Source: a virus. From it: a stretch of 20,783 nt of DNA. Made by a program: the position numbers and the translations under genes. The notes below the pieces were generated by a model. It saw only the letters and a program-made list of their open reading frames with translations. It had not been told where the DNA came from and did no database searches. The DNA lies in the UHGV virus genome UHGV-0270338. One strand, given 5' to 3'. How positions within the stretch are numbered: the stretch's first letter is position 1; each line of letters starts with the position of its first letter. Below, piece after piece: positions 1-9,759 of the stretch.

Positions 1-244
1 CTGATGTCCGGCGGTGCTTTTGCCGTTACGCACCACCCCGTCAGTAGCTGAACAGGAGGGACAGCTGATAGAAACAGAAGCCACTGGAGCACCTCAAAAA
101 CACCATCATACACTAAATCAGTAAGTTGGCAGCATCACCCCCTGATTGTGTTCCCTTCAATTGATCTATTATTTTTATCAGTTATTTAGTATGCTTACCT
201 TATCAATTAAAGTTTCATAATTACAAAATTGGGTCAGTATATAA

Positions 245-1336
245 ATGAATAAAAGAAAAACGCTTTTCAATATACAAGCACTAAGGTTTATTGCTGCAGC
301 CATGGTGGTTTTGGCACATGCCGAACTTGGACAATATGGCATTGGGAATATCGAAATCCTTGCATCTCTGGGAGGATTTGGCGTTATTATATTTTTCATA
401 ATTAGTGGGTTTATTATACCTTACGTAGCATATGGTGGCTCTCAATCAGAAGGAGAATTCAAAATATCTGCAGGGAACTTTTTTATGCGAAGAGTAATAA
501 GAATAATCCCGGTATATGCTTTAATTACCGCCCTTTGCGTTCTATCAGCCTTCATAGTAAAACATTATATATCTTCCCCAACTCCACCTATTGCTTATTG
601 GTGGCCCGAAACAAAAATCAGTCTTCAATGGTATCTTGAGAGTATTACATTTACTCACTGGCATCGCGATGCAATTCTAAGTATAGGTTGGACATTACAA
701 CTTGAATTTTTGTTTTATACTTCTTTTGCATTTTTTATTGCTATCAAATTATCAAGGTTAGAGTATATAGAGATCTTATTTTTAACTATATCCATAGTAG
801 CTAATATTTTAACTTATCAAAATAACAGCATCATATTCGAAATTCTTCCGTTCATGAAAACACTGGCAAGACCAGAAATGGTCGTATTTGCTATGGGTAT
901 GTTTATGTATCGATTATACTTACTGGGCGCTATGTTAAAAAAAACAATTGCGCTTACAATATTAATTTTGTTTATTCCCACATTCTTATTATGTGAATAC
1001 TTTAATATTACAACAAACATGGGGGGGGAATGGCATCGTCCTTTGATATGGGGGTTTTTCGCTTTTTATGGTGTCTGGGCAGCGTTGAGCCTTGAAGGTA
1101 AAATAAAACCGGCTAAACTTATTATTTTCCTCGGTGATGCTTCATATAGTATATATTTGACGCATGGTTTGATTACAGCTTGGGTATCATATATGTTTGT
1201 GTCTTTCGGACTTATTGATTATTCCAATGTATTTCTATATATTGGAATATACTTTATAATAAGTTGTGCGCTTGGCAGCGTCATTCATATGTACATAGAA
1301 AAACCCATCGCAGAATTTTTAAAACGTTTTGTTTGA
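245..1336 (+). CDS. Acyltransferase family 3 integral membrane protein (O-antigen/LPS O-acetyltransferase-like cargo gene)
   Basis: 363 aa; N-terminus LRFIAAAMVVLAHA typical of acyltransferase-3; multiple hydrophobic segments; strongly AT-rich relative to flanking prophage DNA; sits distal to the tail-fibre genes where serotype-conversion cargo genes usually sit. Confidence 0.7.
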   Translation: MNKRKTLFNIQALRFIAAAMVVLAHAELGQYGIGNIEILASLGGFGVIIFFIISGFIIPYVAYGGSQSEGEFKISAGNFFMRRVIRIIPVYALITALCVLSAFIVKHYISSPTPPIAYWWPETKISLQWYLESITFTHWHRDAILSIGWTLQLEFLFYTSFAFFIAIKLSRLEYIEILFLTISIVANILTYQNNSIIFEILPFMKTLARPEMVVFAMGMFMYRLYLLGAMLKKTIALTILILFIPTFLLCEYFNITTNMGGEWHRPLIWGFFAFYGVWAALSLEGKIKPAKLIIFLGDASYSIYLTHGLITAWVSYMFVSFGLIDYSNVFLYIGIYFIISCALGSVIHMYIEKPIAEFLKRFV

Positions 1337-1388
1337 CCAAATGGTCATAACTACCCCCCTTAAAATACGAAAGTAAATAATTAGAACA

Positions 1389-1417
1389 TGTGCTTTGAGT
1401 TAAACACTCAAAGCACA
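1389..1417 (-). terminator. Perfect 11-bp stem hairpin (tgtgctttgag / ctcaaagcaca), probable terminator in convergent intergenic region
   Basis: Inverted repeat read directly; the T-rich run is on the minus-strand side, so more likely terminates the Tfa transcript than the acyltransferase. Confidence 0.35.
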
Positions 1418-1564
1418 AAATAAAAAGCGCTGCCATTGTCTATTTTGCCCCTTCTCACGCTCGTTTTTTATTTTATAATAATACACCTCCAGTTACACTT
1501 TTGTAATTAAAAGCATGAATCATCAATTAGTTCATCCCTTAATCTAACTCTTCCCCAAACGTTC

Positions 1565-2152
1565 CTATTCTGGTTCGGTGGGCCAGTTGATATTTGGCGC
1601 AGATGAAGTATCTATAGCCTGAATGGCTTTTATGTACTGCACCCACGCAATCAGACTTTCCTTATCCCCATCACTGATGATGTCCAGTCGCAATTCTGTC
1701 TGCCAGAGACTTATTTTCTCCTGCGCTTCAGCCAGTAACGCAGCCTTCTTCTGTTCAGCGGCTTCTACCTCGGCAACGTGCTGCGCGTCAGTATCTGTTA
1801 CCCACTTTTTGCCGTCCCACTTTTGATATGGTCCTGATGGCGCAACAGTTGTGTACCCCTTCCTGACTGGGCCGATATAATCTATAGTGGAAGATGAGGT
1901 ATCATCGGTAGAATATACCGTTTCACCACGATGATCTTCATCCTGTCGCCATCCGGTGCCCGTGAACATAAAAACCTTTCCAGCAACCATTTCACCTGGA
2001 TCAACATCTGTTGAATTACCCGGCATACTGACGCCAGCGTTAATATATTCATCTGACCAGCCAGCATATTCCATGGTCACTGCATCGTAATAAAAACAAC
2101 GAATATCACCGGCCTGCGTTGCCAGACCATTTTCATCAAAGACAGGTTTCAT
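1565..2152 (-). CDS. Phage tail fibre assembly protein (Tfa)
   Basis: 195 aa; EDHRGETVY, YQKWDGKKWV and C-terminal DTSSAPNINWPTEPE motifs match the Tfa family; start overlaps tail fibre stop by 1 nt. Confidence 0.7.
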   Translation of the reverse strand: MKPVFDENGLATQAGDIRCFYYDAVTMEYAGWSDEYINAGVSMPGNSTDVDPGEMVAGKVFMFTGTGWRQDEDHRGETVYSTDDTSSSTIDYIGPVRKGYTTVAPSGPYQKWDGKKWVTDTDAQHVAEVEAAEQKKAALLAEAQEKISLWQTELRLDIISDGDKESLIAWVQYIKAIQAIDTSSAPNINWPTEPE

Positions 2153-3234
2153 TACTTTGCCCTCACCAAGAAATTGAATGCGATGTTGCGCGGTCGGTTC
2201 TCGTTTGCAATTGATACCGATGGGTCTTTTCCAGCGCTGAAGAGAATACTTTGAGCAACAGTGCTTCCGCCTGGCTGGAGGTTCGTTAAGTTTTGTGCCC
2301 CCCCAGAATAAAGCGCACCAGAATTTGTAGTATTCCCAAAATATTGAACAAAACCGACTTCACCAGTGATATTTCGGATGGCATCCACCTGAGTACTCAG
2401 CAATGCCCTTCCTGAATCGACCCCACGACCATCATCCCAGATACGCGGGAATTCGCCTCGAGCTTCGGGAAGTGTAAGTCCAGGGAACACCTGTGCAAGT
2501 TTGGGGTATACCGCAGCAGAAAATGACGCGCCGTTAAATTTTAAAAACACCATGTCAGACCATTCGCTTATGACCGTATTCGGCATTGCTGCGGAGGGCC
2601 AGAAGAATGGGACACCGATAGCTGGCGCACCAGACCCCATCCCCACATCTGCTGGCGTTGGCTTATATTTTTCAGAAAAGAGCTTATACTTCCAAATCGT
2701 AGTGTTGCCGGTTACAGCACGAATGATTGGTGTTGCTCCAGCAGAATTTACTAGCGGAAGATAAATCTGCACTCGTTGTTTTGATACGGAATCATACAAC
2801 AACGTTAGCACCATTCCGTAATCAATCCCAAAATCCGGGTCTGTATTACCGCCGTATGCATAAAAACCAGAACTTGTTGCGCTCGAAAGCAAGTTAATGT
2901 TAGAACCAGCGATATTTATACCGATACCCAGGTCCGTTAAATCAAGGTTTTCGAGAGCCGTTTTCACCGTGCCATCCGATTTGATATCGCCAAATGGATT
3001 TTTGCGGCTTAACAGCAGAGCACGAAGCGCGGTAAGCAGCTGGTCGTGCCGCTCCTTCTCCAGGCTGGCACCGGATGCCTCCACCACGCTGCAAAGCTCT
3101 TCCTGCAACATGTCAAAGTAGTCATCATCCAGATCGGTGGCTGGCGTGCCGGTCTGGGGGTTACCACGGGTAAAACCGTTCTTACCCGCGCCGAACTTAT
3201 CCTTCTGCGCGGTTTTCGTGTCTATACGATGCAT
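2152..3234 (-). CDS. Phage tail fibre protein
   Basis: 360 aa; conserved tail-fibre N-terminal region and C-terminal ...[18 protein letters not shown] typical of side tail fibre tips; immediately upstream of Tfa. Confidence 0.65.
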   Translation of the reverse strand: MHRIDTKTAQKDKFGAGKNGFTRGNPQTGTPATDLDDDYFDMLQEELCSVVEASGASLEKERHDQLLTALRALLLSRKNPFGDIKSDGTVKTALENLDLTDLGIGINIAGSNINLLSSATSSGFYAYGGNTDPDFGIDYGMVLTLLYDSVSKQRVQIYLPLVNSAGATPIIRAVTGNTTIWKYKLFSEKYKPTPADVGMGSGAPAIGVPFFWPSAAMPNTVISEWSDMVFLKFNGASFSAAVYPKLAQVFPGLTLPEARGEFPRIWDDGRGVDSGRALLSTQVDAIRNITGEVGFVQYFGNTTNSGALYSGGAQNLTNLQPGGSTVAQSILFSAGKDPSVSIANENRPRNIAFNFLVRAK

Positions 3235-3237
3235 GGA

Positions 3238-3822
3238 TTACTCCGGATATTTAAAAATTACGTAGGTATGCGACGGGCAGAGTTTGTTAAGCACACATTC
3301 GACAACGGTGTCGCCCCAGATACGCAGTGCGGAATCACAGGGATCGCCACATGTCATCCAGGTGGTGTTGGTGGCGGCTGGCATGTTGATCTGCCAGTAA
3401 TACCGCCATTCCGGCGCATTCACCGCGTCAGTACAGGCCGATGAGCAGGTGAACGTGCTTTTGTCGTATCGCGTGATGGTGGCATCTGGTCTGCCCAGGG
3501 CAGCAAGCTGTGCAAGATAAAAATCCTCGTTGATGCCACCCGACAGGTTAACCTTCGCATCCAGCCGTTGCTGGCGCTGGCGAAGGGTCTGTGTCCCTGT
3601 AGGAATACATTCATCCGGCAGGCCGCACAGACACTCCCAGCGGTTTATCAGTTCGGTGGTGGTGCGCGGATCCAGCTCCCGCATCAGGGCATCCGCACGC
3701 TGATGAACACGGGTTAATGACGGTGCCGCACCGGCAATCGCCGGATCGCTGGCTGACCACGCCGGACCGGGCGGCAGCAGTGCCGACAACAGACGGATGT
3801 AATCATCGTTTGTCACGTCCAT
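3238..3822 (-). CDS. YmfQ-like phage tail protein (DUF2313-type)
   Basis: 194 aa; position between baseplate J-like fragment and tail fibre as in e14/Mu-like tail modules. Confidence 0.55.
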   Translation of the reverse strand: MDVTNDDYIRLLSALLPPGPAWSASDPAIAGAAPSLTRVHQRADALMRELDPRTTTELINRWECLCGLPDECIPTGTQTLRQRQQRLDAKVNLSGGINEDFYLAQLAALGRPDATITRYDKSTFTCSSACTDAVNAPEWRYYWQINMPAATNTTWMTCGDPCDSALRIWGDTVVECVLNKLCPSHTYVIFKYPE

Positions 3823-4208
3823 GAAATCGTCCCCAGAACCGCCAGTTCATTTTTTGCAATGGAGATATTGTCCGCCGGTGCAAGCAACTGATGGCTGTAT
3901 TCCCCGTTCGCACCGGAAATCGCCTCACTGATACGCGATACCTTCAGTTCTCCCTGCGGATAACCATCACGCAGCAGGAACGAACGCAACTCCGCGGTAA
4001 TGGCAGCCCGTATTTCCGGTGTGTCCGGCGTCACGCGGATATGAAAATCCACTTTATGCGCCACCGGCCTGAATACATACAAATCAGAGCCTGCCACCGG
4101 GGCCAGTGGCTCAATGTGTTGTCTTGCCGCCGTTTCCGTTGATTCTTCCGGAATGGGATTAATCAGGTCACTGCTGGCAATCATCACACCGACAGTCCCC
4201 GTTCCCAT
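3813..4208 (-). pseudogene. Baseplate J-like protein, C-terminal fragment only (5'-truncated)
   Basis: 131 aa ORF resembling only the C-terminal part of baseplate J proteins; no upstream baseplate, tube or sheath genes; the upstream space is occupied by opposite-strand genes. Confidence 0.45.
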
Positions 4209-4258
4209 CCAGTGGCGGTAACCGACCTTGCAGGGTCGATATGATGAGGAGCAGCAAA

Positions 4259-4622
4259 ATGGCTAGCGAACGCAGTACTGATGTGCAGGCATTTATCGGG
4301 GAGCTGGACGGCGGCGTATTTGAAACCAAAAATCGGCGCAGTTCTCAGTGAAGTCGCTTCCGGTGTGATGAACACGAAAACCAAAGGTAAGGTCTCGCTC
4401 AACCTAGAAATCGAACCGTTTGATGAGAACCGAGTGAAAATCAAACACAAACTCTCATATGTTCGCCCGACTAACCGCGGGAAAATTTCCGAAGAAGACA
4501 CCACCGAAACGCCGATGTATGTCAATCGCGGTGGTCGCCTGACTATTCTGCAGGAAGACCAGGGACAGTTGCTGACTCTTGCCGGTGAACCTGACGGAAA
4601 ACTCCGCGCAGCAGGTCGTTAA
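4259..4622 (+). pseudogene. yfdP: yfdP-like gene interrupted by a frameshift in an A5 tract
   Basis: ATG at 4259 with strong SD (gaggag) opens a frame that stops after 30 codons; the 4281..4622 ORF continues in the adjacent frame; deleting one A from aaaaa (4328..4332) fuses them into about 120 aa. Confidence 0.45.
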
Positions 4623-4687
4623 TATCGTTTTTAATTAACTGATTATTTATCTCATCACTGAATATCTTTATATAGTGAGGACTTATT

Positions 4688-5512
4688 ATGTCTCAGAACT
4701 TAGACGCAACCGCAATTAATCAAATCCATGCCCTTATTTCTGCTCAGGGTGTTAATGAAATTATCAGTAAGATTGGTGCCGATGCTGTGGCATTGCCTGA
4801 GAATTTCCGCATTCATGATCTGGAAAAATTTAATTTAAATCGCTTCCGTTTCCGTGGTGCGCTTTCCACTGCCAGCATCGATGATTTTACCCGTTATTCT
4901 AAAGATCTTGCAGATGAAGGCACCCGCTGCTTTATCGATGCTGATAATATGCGTGCCGTCAGTGTGCTTAACCTAGGTACTATTGATGAACCAGGTCACG
5001 CAGATAACACCGCCACACTCAAACTGAAAAAGACAGCACCGTTCTCTGCTCTGTTGTCTGTTAACGGCGAGCGTAACTCCCAGAAGTCACTAGCAGAATG
5101 GATTGAAGACTGGGCCGACTATCTTGTGGGCTTTGATGCTAATGGTGACGCTATTCAGGCAACAAAAGCGGCTGCGGCTGTCCGTAAAATCACGATTGAA
5201 GCAAACCAGACCGCTGATTTTGAAGATAATGACTTCAGCGGCAAACGCTCCCTGATGGAGTCTGTCGAAGCGAAGACCAAAGACATTATGCCAGTGGCAT
5301 TTGAATTTAAATGCGTTCCGTTTGAAGGTCTGAAAGAACGTCCGTTTAAATTACGCCTCAGTATTATCACTGGCGATCGTCCTGTACTGGTTCTGCGCAT
5401 TATTCAGCTGGAGGCGGTGCAGGAAGAAATGGCTAACGAATTTCGTGATCTGCTTGTTGAGAAATTCAAGGACAGCAAAGTAGAAACCTTTATTGGTACT
5501 TTCACCGCCTGA
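4688..5512 (+). CDS. yfdQ: YfdQ-like DUF2303 prophage protein
   Basis: 274 aa, same length as KplE1 (CPS-53) YfdQ as I recall it; followed by yfdR/S/T-like genes in the same order. Confidence 0.65.
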   Translation: MSQNLDATAINQIHALISAQGVNEIISKIGADAVALPENFRIHDLEKFNLNRFRFRGALSTASIDDFTRYSKDLADEGTRCFIDADNMRAVSVLNLGTIDEPGHADNTATLKLKKTAPFSALLSVNGERNSQKSLAEWIEDWADYLVGFDANGDAIQATKAAAAVRKITIEANQTADFEDNDFSGKRSLMESVEAKTKDIMPVAFEFKCVPFEGLKERPFKLRLSIITGDRPVLVLRIIQLEAVQEEMANEFRDLLVEKFKDSKVETFIGTFTA

Positions 5513-5639
5513 TTTCATTACTGCAAATGCCCCTGCGGGGGCATTTATGGAAACGTAATTTACTCAATAATCGCCGGATGGTGAGGGATTCTTTTTACCA
5601 GAATTCAGCGCGGTGCAGCGCATATACGTGGAGAACAAA

Positions 5640-6176
5640 ATGTCATTTATTAAAACTTTTTCCGGGAAGCATTTTTATTATGACAGGATAAATAAAGACG
5701 ACATCGATATTAACGATATCGCGGTTTCCCTTTCAAATATCTGTCGCTTTGCCGGTCATCTTTCGCACTTCTACAGCGTCGCCCAACATGCGGTTCTTTG
5801 CAGCCAGCTGGTGCCGCAGGAATTTGCTTTTGAAGCGTTAATGCATGATGCAACAGAAGCGTATTGCCAGGACATTCCCGCACCACTGAAACGCCTTCTT
5901 CCTGACTATAAACAAATGGAAGAAAAAATAGACGCCGTAATCCGTGAGAAATACGGGTTACCCCCAGTTATGAGTACGCCCGTGAAATATGCCGATCTCA
6001 TCATGCTGGCAACCGAACGCCGCGATCTCGGGCTTGATGATGGCTCTTTCTGGCCTGTACTGGAAGGTATCCCGGCAACAGAGATGTTCAACGTGATTCC
6101 ACTGGCACCGGGCCATGCCTACGGGATGTTTATGGAACGCTTTAACGAGTTATCGGAGTTACGCAAATGCGCATGA
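5640..6176 (+). CDS. yfdR: YfdR-like HD-domain phosphohydrolase (5'-deoxynucleotidase family)
   Basis: Start moved to ATG 5640 (SD ggaga 5 nt upstream) giving 178 aa; HD-type motifs (HFYSVAQHA, LMHDATEAY). Confidence 0.65.
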   Translation: MSFIKTFSGKHFYYDRINKDDIDINDIAVSLSNICRFAGHLSHFYSVAQHAVLCSQLVPQEFAFEALMHDATEAYCQDIPAPLKRLLPDYKQMEEKIDAVIREKYGLPPVMSTPVKYADLIMLATERRDLGLDDGSFWPVLEGIPATEMFNVIPLAPGHAYGMFMERFNELSELRKCA

Positions 6177-6529
6177 ATGTTTTCGAAATGGAAGGGTTTC
6201 TTCGTGGGAGATGTGTACCGCGAGATCTGAAAGTAAATGAAACAGATGCTGAATACCTGGTGCGTAAATTCGATGCGCTTGAAGCTAAATGTGCAGCACA
6301 GGAAAACAAAGTAATACCAGTGTCAACTGAACTGCCACCAGCAAATGAAAGTGTTTTGTTATTCGATGCTAACGGAGAAGGCTGGCTAATTGGCTGGCGT
6401 TCTCTCTGGTACACCTGGGGACAAAAAGAAACCGGAGAATGGCAGTGGACATTTCAGGTCGGGGACCTTGAAAACGTCAATATCACTCACTGGGCAGTAA
6501 TGCCAAAAGCACCGGAGGCTGGAGCATAA
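6167..6529 (+). CDS. yfdS: YfdS-like (DUF551) prophage protein
   Basis: 120 aa; synteny after yfdR-like; start overlaps yfdR stop. Confidence 0.5.
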   Translation: MRMNVFEMEGFLRGRCVPRDLKVNETDAEYLVRKFDALEAKCAAQENKVIPVSTELPPANESVLLFDANGEGWLIGWRSLWYTWGQKETGEWQWTFQVGDLENVNITHWAVMPKAPEAGA

Positions 6530-6834
6530 TGACCACTTTTACCGACAAAGAACTGATTAAAGAAATTAAAGAGCGTATCAGCAGCCTTGACGTGCGAGAC
6601 GATATTGAGCGCCGTGCTTATGAAATCGCACTCCTATCTCTGGAAGTAGAACCAGATGAACGCGAAGCTTATGAATTATTCATGGAAAAGCGTTTCGGTG
6701 ACTTAGTAGATCGTCGGAGAGCAAAAAACGGCAATAACGAATACATGGCATGGGATATGACTCTCGGTTGGATCGTCTGGCAGCAACGAGCTGGTATCCA
6801 TTTTTCAACAATGTCACAGCAAGAGGTGAAATAA
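6529..6834 (+). CDS. yfdT: YfdT-like prophage protein
   Basis: 101 aa; synteny; overlaps neighbours by 1 nt on each side. Confidence 0.45.
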   Translation: MTTFTDKELIKEIKERISSLDVRDDIERRAYEIALLSLEVEPDEREAYELFMEKRFGDLVDRRRAKNGNNEYMAWDMTLGWIVWQQRAGIHFSTMSQQEVK

Positions 6835-7184
6835 TGGAGCCATACAGCCTCACACTCGATGAGGCCTGTCATTTTCTCAAGATATCCAGACCGACTGCCA
6901 TTAACTGGATACGCACAGGGCGTCTTCAGGCAACACGCAAAGATCCCACTAAGAATAAATCTCCTTACCTCACAACACGACAAGCCTGCATTGCGGCTCT
7001 TCAGTCTCCGCTGCATACTGTCCAGGTGAGCGCGGGTGATGGCATAACAGAGGAAAGAAAATGTCACTCTTCCGCAGAGGTGAAATATGGTACGCCAGTT
7101 TCACATTGCCGAACGGTAAAAGATTTAAACAGTCTCTTGGAACAAAGGACAAAAGGCAGGCGACAGAACTCCATGACAAGCTAA
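6834..7184 (+). CDS. xis: Excisionase (Xis), P22-type
   Basis: 116 aa from ATG 6834 (SD gaggtg upstream; TAATG overlap with yfdT stop); HTH-like [26 protein letters not shown]; 3' end overlaps int start as in lambdoid int-xis modules. Confidence 0.6.
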   Translation: MEPYSLTLDEACHFLKISRPTAINWIRTGRLQATRKDPTKNKSPYLTTRQACIAALQSPLHTVQVSAGDGITEERKCHSSAEVKYGTPVSHCRTVKDLNSLLEQRTKGRRQNSMTS

Positions 7185-8224
7185 AGGCTGAAGCATGGCG
7201 GGTCAGCAAACTTGGTGAAATACCTGATATAACGTTCGAGGAAGCGTGTGTCAGGTGGCTTGAAGAGAAAGCACATAAAAAATCACTGGACGATGACAAA
7301 AGCCGGATCGGATTCTGGCTTCAACATTTCGCAGGAATGCAACTAAGAGACATTACTGAATCAAAAATTTATTCAGCAATGCAGAAAATGACGAACCGGC
7401 GTCATGAGGAAAACTGGAAACTCAGGGCAGAAGCATGCAGAAAAAAAGGGAAACCTGTTCCAGAATACACGCCAAAACCAGCGTCCGTTGCAACGAAGGC
7501 TACGCATCTTTCATTTATAAAGGCCCTACTAAGAGCCGCAGAGCGTGAATGGAAAATGCTGGATAAGGCACCAATTATTAAAGTGCCTCAACCAAAGAAT
7601 AAACGGATCCGCTGGCTGGAGCCCCATGAAGCACAAAGGCTGATTGATGAATGTCCGGAGCCATTAAAGTCTGTTGTTGAATTTGCACTGGCAACAGGCT
7701 TAAGACGCTCGAACATCATCAACCTTGAATGGCAACAAATAGATATGCAGCGCCGGGTGGCATGGATAAACCCGGAAGAGAGTAAATCAAACCGCGCAAT
7801 TGGCGTTGCGCTGAATGATACTGCATGTCGCGTATTGAAAAAACAAATCGGGAATCATCACCGTTGGGTATTTGTGTACAAGGAAAGCTGTACCAAACCA
7901 GACGGAACGAAAGCGCCAACAGTAAGGAAGATGCGGTATGACGCAAACACAGCCTGGAAAGCGGCGCTGAGACGGGCTGGTATTGATGATTTCAGATTTC
8001 ACGACTTGAGACACACCTGGGCAAGTTGGCTGGTTCAAGCCGGAGTCCCGTTGTCAGTTTTACAGGAAATGGGAGGCTGGGAGTCTATCGAAATGGTTCG
8101 TCGATATGCTCACCTTGCACCTAATCACCTTACCGAACACGCACGGCAAATAGACTCGATCCTGAATCCATCGGTCCCAAATTTGTCCCAGTCAAGAAAT
8201 AAGGAAGGTACTAATGATGTGTAA
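7061..8224 (+). CDS. int: Tyrosine integrase, P22-family-like
   Basis: 387 aa; catalytic signature ATGLRRSN (R), FHDLRHTWA (HxxR), VRRYAHL (Y); stop codon 2 nt before the tRNA-Thr-derived att repeat. Confidence 0.85.
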   Translation: MSLFRRGEIWYASFTLPNGKRFKQSLGTKDKRQATELHDKLKAEAWRVSKLGEIPDITFEEACVRWLEEKAHKKSLDDDKSRIGFWLQHFAGMQLRDITESKIYSAMQKMTNRRHEENWKLRAEACRKKGKPVPEYTPKPASVATKATHLSFIKALLRAAEREWKMLDKAPIIKVPQPKNKRIRWLEPHEAQRLIDECPEPLKSVVEFALATGLRRSNIINLEWQQIDMQRRVAWINPEESKSNRAIGVALNDTACRVLKKQIGNHHRWVFVYKESCTKPDGTKAPTVRKMRYDANTAWKAALRRAGIDDFRFHDLRHTWASWLVQAGVPLSVLQEMGGWESIEMVRRYAHLAPNHLTEHARQIDSILNPSVPNLSQSRNKEGTNDV

Positions 8225-8225
8225 C

Positions 8226-8257
8226 TTATTGATTTTAATGGTGCCGATAATAGGAGT
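8226..8257. repeat. att repeat: displaced copy of the tRNA-Thr 3' end (19 nt) plus 11 nt of downstream flank
   Basis: ttattgatttt-aa-tggtgccgataataggagt matches 20628..20662 (ttattgatttt-cttga-tggtgccgataataggagt); the 19-nt part is the reverse complement of the tRNA 3' end ACTCCTATTATCGGCACCA. Confidence 0.85.
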
Positions 8258-8343
8258 AAAACACTCGATTAATCTCGTGTTAATGCCATCACCTACGACC
8301 ATTACTAATTGATTGAATCTTATAGAAAAAATTATCATTTTCT

Positions 8344-9678
8344 ATGCGTTACAATCAATTTTCACATTACAAACGCTCCGACACTTTAGCCGGGGAGTTT
8401 ATGAGATACAAGCCCAATCAATACATAATCTGTGATTCTTACGGTAACTACTATTTACGGATCACGCTGCCTGTGTATATGCAGCCCTTTTTTGAAGGAA
8501 AAAGGACGTTTGTCAGGAGTCTGCACACAAGTAATCTTCGTGTTGCACGTAGAAAGCGTGATCAGATTGCAGATGAATACCATTGCTTACGGGAGAGTGT
8601 TGCCCCTGTAAACAGCACAATAGAGAACACGCTGGAACTGTTACGCAGTAAGGCTAAATACGCCAAAACAGCTACCAGAATGCAAGATACAGCGTCTTCG
8701 TGTCCGTCATTGCTTAAAATTCTTGAAATCTACCTGACAATTAACAGCACGAAGAAGAAGCCAGCCACTTTAGCTAAGGCAAGAAAAGCGGTAGAGATGT
8801 TTCTCTCCTACCGTAAAAAGCCTGATATTGCATTGCAAGATGTAAGCCGCACCACTGTTACAGGCTGGATTGAACACATGCAAAAAACCCTTTCACAACA
8901 ATCAATTGCAAATTATATCAGCCCAATGGCCCAGCTATGGGAGTTAGCTTCATCACGTTACCACGATGCGCCAGAAAGGGCGCTCTCCCCCTGGCGAGGG
9001 CATAGGCTTGATGTGGCACAAAGTAGAGAGAGCTACGAGGCATTTTCTAACAAAGAGCTATTGCAGGTGTTGCAAGTATTTTCCGGTAATTCAGCAGAAA
9101 ACAAAGAAATGATGGCTTTGTGTCTTATCGGTGCTTATACAGGTATGCGGATCAATGAGATAGCAAGTCTCACAATAGACGATGTGAAAGAGATCGAAGG
9201 TGTGCTGTGTTTTGAAATCACACAGGGAAAAACGAAAGCTGCGGCGCGTGTTGTGCCTGTACATAGCCTTATCACTCCGTTGGTGTTGTCGCTGCGTGAA
9301 AAGCCTCATAATGGCTTTTTGTTCTATCACGCCAGCATCACAGAACGTGCTGATGGTAAACGTTCCACGTGGCACACGCAGAGATTTACAAGAGCTAAAC
9401 GAAAGGCTTTAGGGGAAAAGGGAACAGAAAGGAAAGTGTTTCATTCTCTGAGACACGGAGTAGCACAGCTTCTTGATCGAAATCAAATTCCAGAAGACAG
9501 GATCGCCCTTCTCCTGGGCCATACACGCGGCAATACAGAGACATTCCGCACATATAGCAAGAATGCAGCTTCTCCAGTAGAGCTTAAAAAATATATTGAG
9601 CTTCTACGCTACCCTGAAATAGAGAAAGGCTTATCAATCAATAAAAAATCAAATTTAAGGCGTAAAACAACGCCATAG
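8344..9678 (+). CDS. Tyrosine integrase of the second element
   Basis: 444 aa (alternative start ATG 8401 with ggggag SD gives 425 aa); motifs TGMRINEIASL (R), FHSLRHGVAQLL (HxxR), LLGHTRGN...FRTYSK (H, Y); unrelated in sequence to the upstream int. Confidence 0.8.
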   Translation: MRYNQFSHYKRSDTLAGEFMRYKPNQYIICDSYGNYYLRITLPVYMQPFFEGKRTFVRSLHTSNLRVARRKRDQIADEYHCLRESVAPVNSTIENTLELLRSKAKYAKTATRMQDTASSCPSLLKILEIYLTINSTKKKPATLAKARKAVEMFLSYRKKPDIALQDVSRTTVTGWIEHMQKTLSQQSIANYISPMAQLWELASSRYHDAPERALSPWRGHRLDVAQSRESYEAFSNKELLQVLQVFSGNSAENKEMMALCLIGAYTGMRINEIASLTIDDVKEIEGVLCFEITQGKTKAAARVVPVHSLITPLVLSLREKPHNGFLFYHASITERADGKRSTWHTQRFTRAKRKALGEKGTERKVFHSLRHGVAQLLDRNQIPEDRIALLLGHTRGNTETFRTYSKNAASPVELKKYIELLRYPEIEKGLSINKKSNLRRKTTP

Positions 9679-9686
9679 ACGCAATA

Positions 9687-9720
9687 AAGAGGCTTCAACA
9701 TAGATTGGTAGCCTCTTTTA
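9687..9720. terminator. Bidirectional hairpin terminator between int2 and the convergent minus-strand operon
   Basis: aagaggct ... agcctctt 8-bp stem followed by tttta on plus strand and preceded by aataaa. Confidence 0.45.
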
Positions 9721-9759
9721 TAATTACATCGTTACAGAGCGTTTTAGAGGCATTTACGG

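Noticed and set aside
178-399. 73-aa minus-strand ORF overlapping the acyltransferase start
   Set aside because: Antisense to the N-terminus of a well-supported gene; no RBS; AT-rich sequence gives chance ORFs.
817-1020. 67-aa minus-strand ORF inside the acyltransferase gene
   Set aside because: Antisense shadow ORF within a confident CDS.
1623-2067. Two small ORFs (1623..1826 plus strand, 1882..2067 minus strand) inside the Tfa gene
   Set aside because: Overlap a confident Tfa CDS; no independent support.
2501-3444. Plus-strand ORFs 2501..2764, 2897..3121, 3046..3444
   Set aside because: Antisense to the tail fibre and YmfQ-like genes; composition is typical of shadow frames.
4184-4525. 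113-aa minus-strand ORF
   Set aside because: Antisense to the yfdP-like frameshifted gene, which has the better start context and synteny support.
6750-7184. 144-aa version of the xis ORF starting at 6750
   Set aside because: The first 28 codons overlap yfdT in another frame; the ATG at 6834 with an SD gives 116 aa and is the more likely start.
5155-8038. Minus-strand ORFs 5155..5400, 5906..6091, 6142..6414, 6669..7067, 6970..7299, 7719..7946, 7787..8038
   Set aside because: All lie antisense within the yfdQ/R/S/T, xis and int coding sequences.
9091-9412. ORFs 9091..9375 (minus) and 9200..9412 (plus) inside integrase 2
   Set aside because: Shadow ORFs within a CDS that carries the full tyrosine recombinase signature.
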